Below are positions 24,170 through 25,974 of a stretch of 25,974 nt of DNA, in pieces. Under the pieces are notes generated by a model. The model saw nothing but the letters and a program-made list of their open reading frames with translations, made no database searches and was not told the origin of the DNA. The translations under genes were made by a program, and so were the position numbers. Position 1 is the first letter of the stretch, and each line of letters starts with the position of its first letter. Where the stretch lies: contig SDNX01000030.1 in the NCBI GenBank assembly GCA_004524545.1, positions 1-25,974 on the forward strand, written 5' to 3'. This DNA is from Promethearchaeota archaeon. Lineage in GTDB: Archaea > Asgardarchaeota > Lokiarchaeia > Sigyniarchaeales > Promethearchaeaceae.

Positions 24170-25974
24170 GTGGATAATTTGAAAGTAGATAATCAAAAAC
24201 ATCAAATCCAAATTTCAATTCGGGAATTGATATATCCTGACATTCGGAGTCAGGCAGTGGGTCCAAGTCTTCCCTTCTACTTAAGAACCAGTAAAGGAAC
24301 TCAAATTCATTCAAATTATCAAGAAATGTCCAAACTAGAAAAGAAACAAACTAAAACTTCTGTAAAAACTGAATATCGTGTAAAAATTACGCGAAAAGTA
24401 AAAAACTGGGTATTTACGATCACCGGTAGGACCGATCTAGTCCAAATTACTGGTAATACAATTTCTGTTGAAGAAATTAAATCCGTAAATCATATTCAAT
24501 CTTTTTCCTTGGATGCGGAAAATGCCTTGCTTTACAAACTTCAATTGTTATTTTACGCTCAACATTTCAAAGACACCTATCCGAATAAGGCTATTGAATG
24601 TAAATTAGTGATAATTGATGTGTTTACGGAAGAGCAAAAGGTCCATAATATTCCCTTTAACTCTGTTCTCCCAGAATTGGATGCCAAATGTGCCGAATTA
24701 TTGAAAAATATCCATGAGGACTCACAGTATTCAACGAAACGGAAAAAGCGCGTTGATTCTATTGTATTTCCATTTGACCATATGCGACCGCACCAACAAG
24801 AAATCATTCAAACTGTTCATTCTGTTCTAGATATGAAACAAGCATTAATGTTATCTGCACCTTCAGGGATTGGTAAAACAGTAGGGACACTATTTCCTGC
24901 ATTACAATATACAATTGGAAAAGGAAAACGCTTATTCGTGCTAACTTCGAAAACAACGCAACAACAAATGTACTTAGAGACTTTACGCTTATTCGTCCAC
25001 AAAAAAGGAAAATTAAATGCTATTATTTTGACCGCAAAGGAAAAAATGTGTCTGAATACCACATATAACTGCGATCCCGAACATTGCCCTTATGCGGATT
25101 CATATCCCGAAGATTATGAATCGGTAATAAAATCTATGTTAAAAACTAAAGTCTTAACTTCTCGATATATTAGGAAAAAAGCAAAAGAACACAAAATTTG
25201 TCCCTTCGAATTGTCTTTGGATTGTTCTCTATATTGTGATGTAATTGTGGGGGATTTCAATTATGTGTTTAGCCCCGTTATTAAACTGCAGCGATTTTTT
25301 AAAGGAAAGTATAATGATTGTATTTGCATTATCGATGAAGCTCATAATCTCCCTGATCGTGCTCGAGAGTACTATTCTCCTGAACTTTCTCAAACCATGG
25401 TAGCCGAATGCATTGGTTTTATTCTAACTCAATCATTTAAGCCCAAGATGAGAAATGCAATCATAAACAAACTCAAAGAATTAGATTCATTTATAGATAA
25501 CGTCATTGCTTCATTAAACAATCCTGGATTAAGAGTTGCCAGTGTTAATATTGATAAGGCAGCCGTTGCAAAATTACTGGAAGATCTTGAAAAATTAGTA
25601 GTTGATTATGTAGGGAATTTCTTCCAGCAACTGGATTTAGAACCAATGGCTGGAGACCCATTTGTAATTTTTGTGAAACAAGTGCATTTTTTCTATCAGA
25701 TACTAGAACAATGCTATCTTGATGAGTTCGAGCAACTTGTTTACCCTATAGACAGAAAAATCAAGATTTTTTGTAAGTCTGCTGCGAATTTTCTGAAAAA
25801 ACAAATGAAAGGATTCCACAGTGTAATTGCTCAATCCGCTACTCTCCATCCTGTCGGATATTATCGTGAGATGCTGGGTCTTCCTGAAAATACGGAAATT
25901 TTACAATATACTAGTCCATTTCCTCAAGAAAACCGATTGTATATGGATTTTCCCTTTGTATCTACGCGATATAA
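24170..25974 (+). CDS. PD-(D/E)XK (RecB/Cas4-like) nuclease fused to an XPD/DinG-family Fe-S DEAH helicase; 3' end truncated by the window edge
   Basis: This ORF is not in the supplied track because it has no stop in the window. I translated it by hand. The frame is open from 24110 to 25974. Candidate starts are GTG 24170, TTG 24179 and ATG 24326. Nuclease motifs are GRTD (D at 24434-24436), VEEIK (24470-24481) and QLLFY. Helicase motifs are SAPSGIGKT (24854-24880), a four-Cys cluster C-x6-C-x4-C-x37-C (25049-25201), IIDEAHNL (DEAH at 25334-25345) and QSATL. The nuclease motifs lie mostly upstream of or around the first ATG, so a non-ATG start is likely. Confidence 0.8.
   Translation, partial: MDNLKVDNQKHQIQISIRELIYPDIRSQAVGPSLPFYLRTSKGTQIHSNYQEMSKLEKKQTKTSVKTEYRVKITRKVKNWVFTITGRTDLVQITGNTISVEEIKSVNHIQSFSLDAENALLYKLQLLFYAQHFKDTYPNKAIECKLVIIDVFTEEQKVHNIPFNSVLPELDAKCAELLKNIHEDSQYSTKRKKRVDSIVFPFDHMRPHQQEIIQTVHSVLDMKQALMLSAPSGIGKTVGTLFPALQYTIGKGKRLFVLTSKTTQQQMYLETLRLFVHKKGKLNAIILTAKEKMCLNTTYNCDPEHCPYADSYPEDYESVIKSMLKTKVLTSRYIRKKAKEHKICPFELSLDCSLYCDVIVGDFNYVFSPVIKLQRFFKGKYNDCICIIDEAHNLPDRAREYYSPELSQTMVAECIGFILTQSFKPKMRNAIINKLKELDSFIDNVIASLNNPGLRVASVNIDKAAVAKLLEDLEKLVVDYVGNFFQQLDLEPMAGDPFVIFVKQVHFFYQILEQCYLDEFEQLVYPIDRKIKIFCKSAANFLKKQMKGFHSVIAQSATLHPVGYYREMLGLPENTEILQYTSPFPQENRLYMDFPFVSTRY

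Noticed and set aside
24577-25062. Two minus-strand ORFs (76 and 81 aa) in the right-hand region.
   Set aside because: They lie antisense to the long open plus-strand frame, which carries complete nuclease and helicase motifs.
1-25974. CRISPR arrays, transposases, integrases, toxin-antitoxin pairs, inteins, tRNA introns or in-frame stop recoding.
   Set aside because: I scanned the intergenic regions and ORF junctions. I found no spaced direct repeats, no recombinase-like ORFs and no split same-frame ORF pairs.

Overview
This is a visibly AT-rich, gene-dense chromosomal segment. I call 20 CDSs, one of them open at the right edge, plus an unlinked 5S rRNA and a tRNA-Thr(UGU). The content is archaeal. 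It includes ribosomal protein eS30 (an archaea/eukaryote-only family), the beta subunit of ADP-forming acetyl-CoA synthetase, A/T-rich TATA-like boxes about 30 nt upstream of first-gene starts, and oligo-T tracts after the RNA genes. The N/K/I-rich proteins, a SERCA-like P-type ATPase of eukaryotic length and a Tex/Spt6-like protein would fit an Asgard-type (Lokiarchaeia-like) genome, but that is inference only. I saw no CRISPR array, integrase, transposase or long non-coding region. Recognisable genes are acdB, the Ca-ATPase-like pump, a CinA-like MoCF-domain protein, a PIG-L deacetylase, Tex, eS30, a saccharopine dehydrogenase-family enzyme and a Zn-dependent MDR dehydrogenase. There are also three membrane- or surface-anchored hydrolases: C45/Ntn-like, an HExxH membrane protein, and C25/gingipain-like. 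Four things deserve a second look. (1) An ORF absent from the supplied track (24170 to the window end) fuses an intact RecB/Cas4-type PD-(D/E)XK nuclease to an XPD/DinG-type Fe-S helicase, directly downstream of the tRNA. (2) A divergent module (7898-12216) encodes a MIT-like/disordered/zinc-ribbon protein opposite an operon for a ~390-aa membrane-anchored coiled coil and a TPR protein. (3) The Tex/Spt6-like gene carries a ~110-aa charged insert. (4) A two-gene overlapping operon of unknown function has an RHH-like segment and a polyproline tract.
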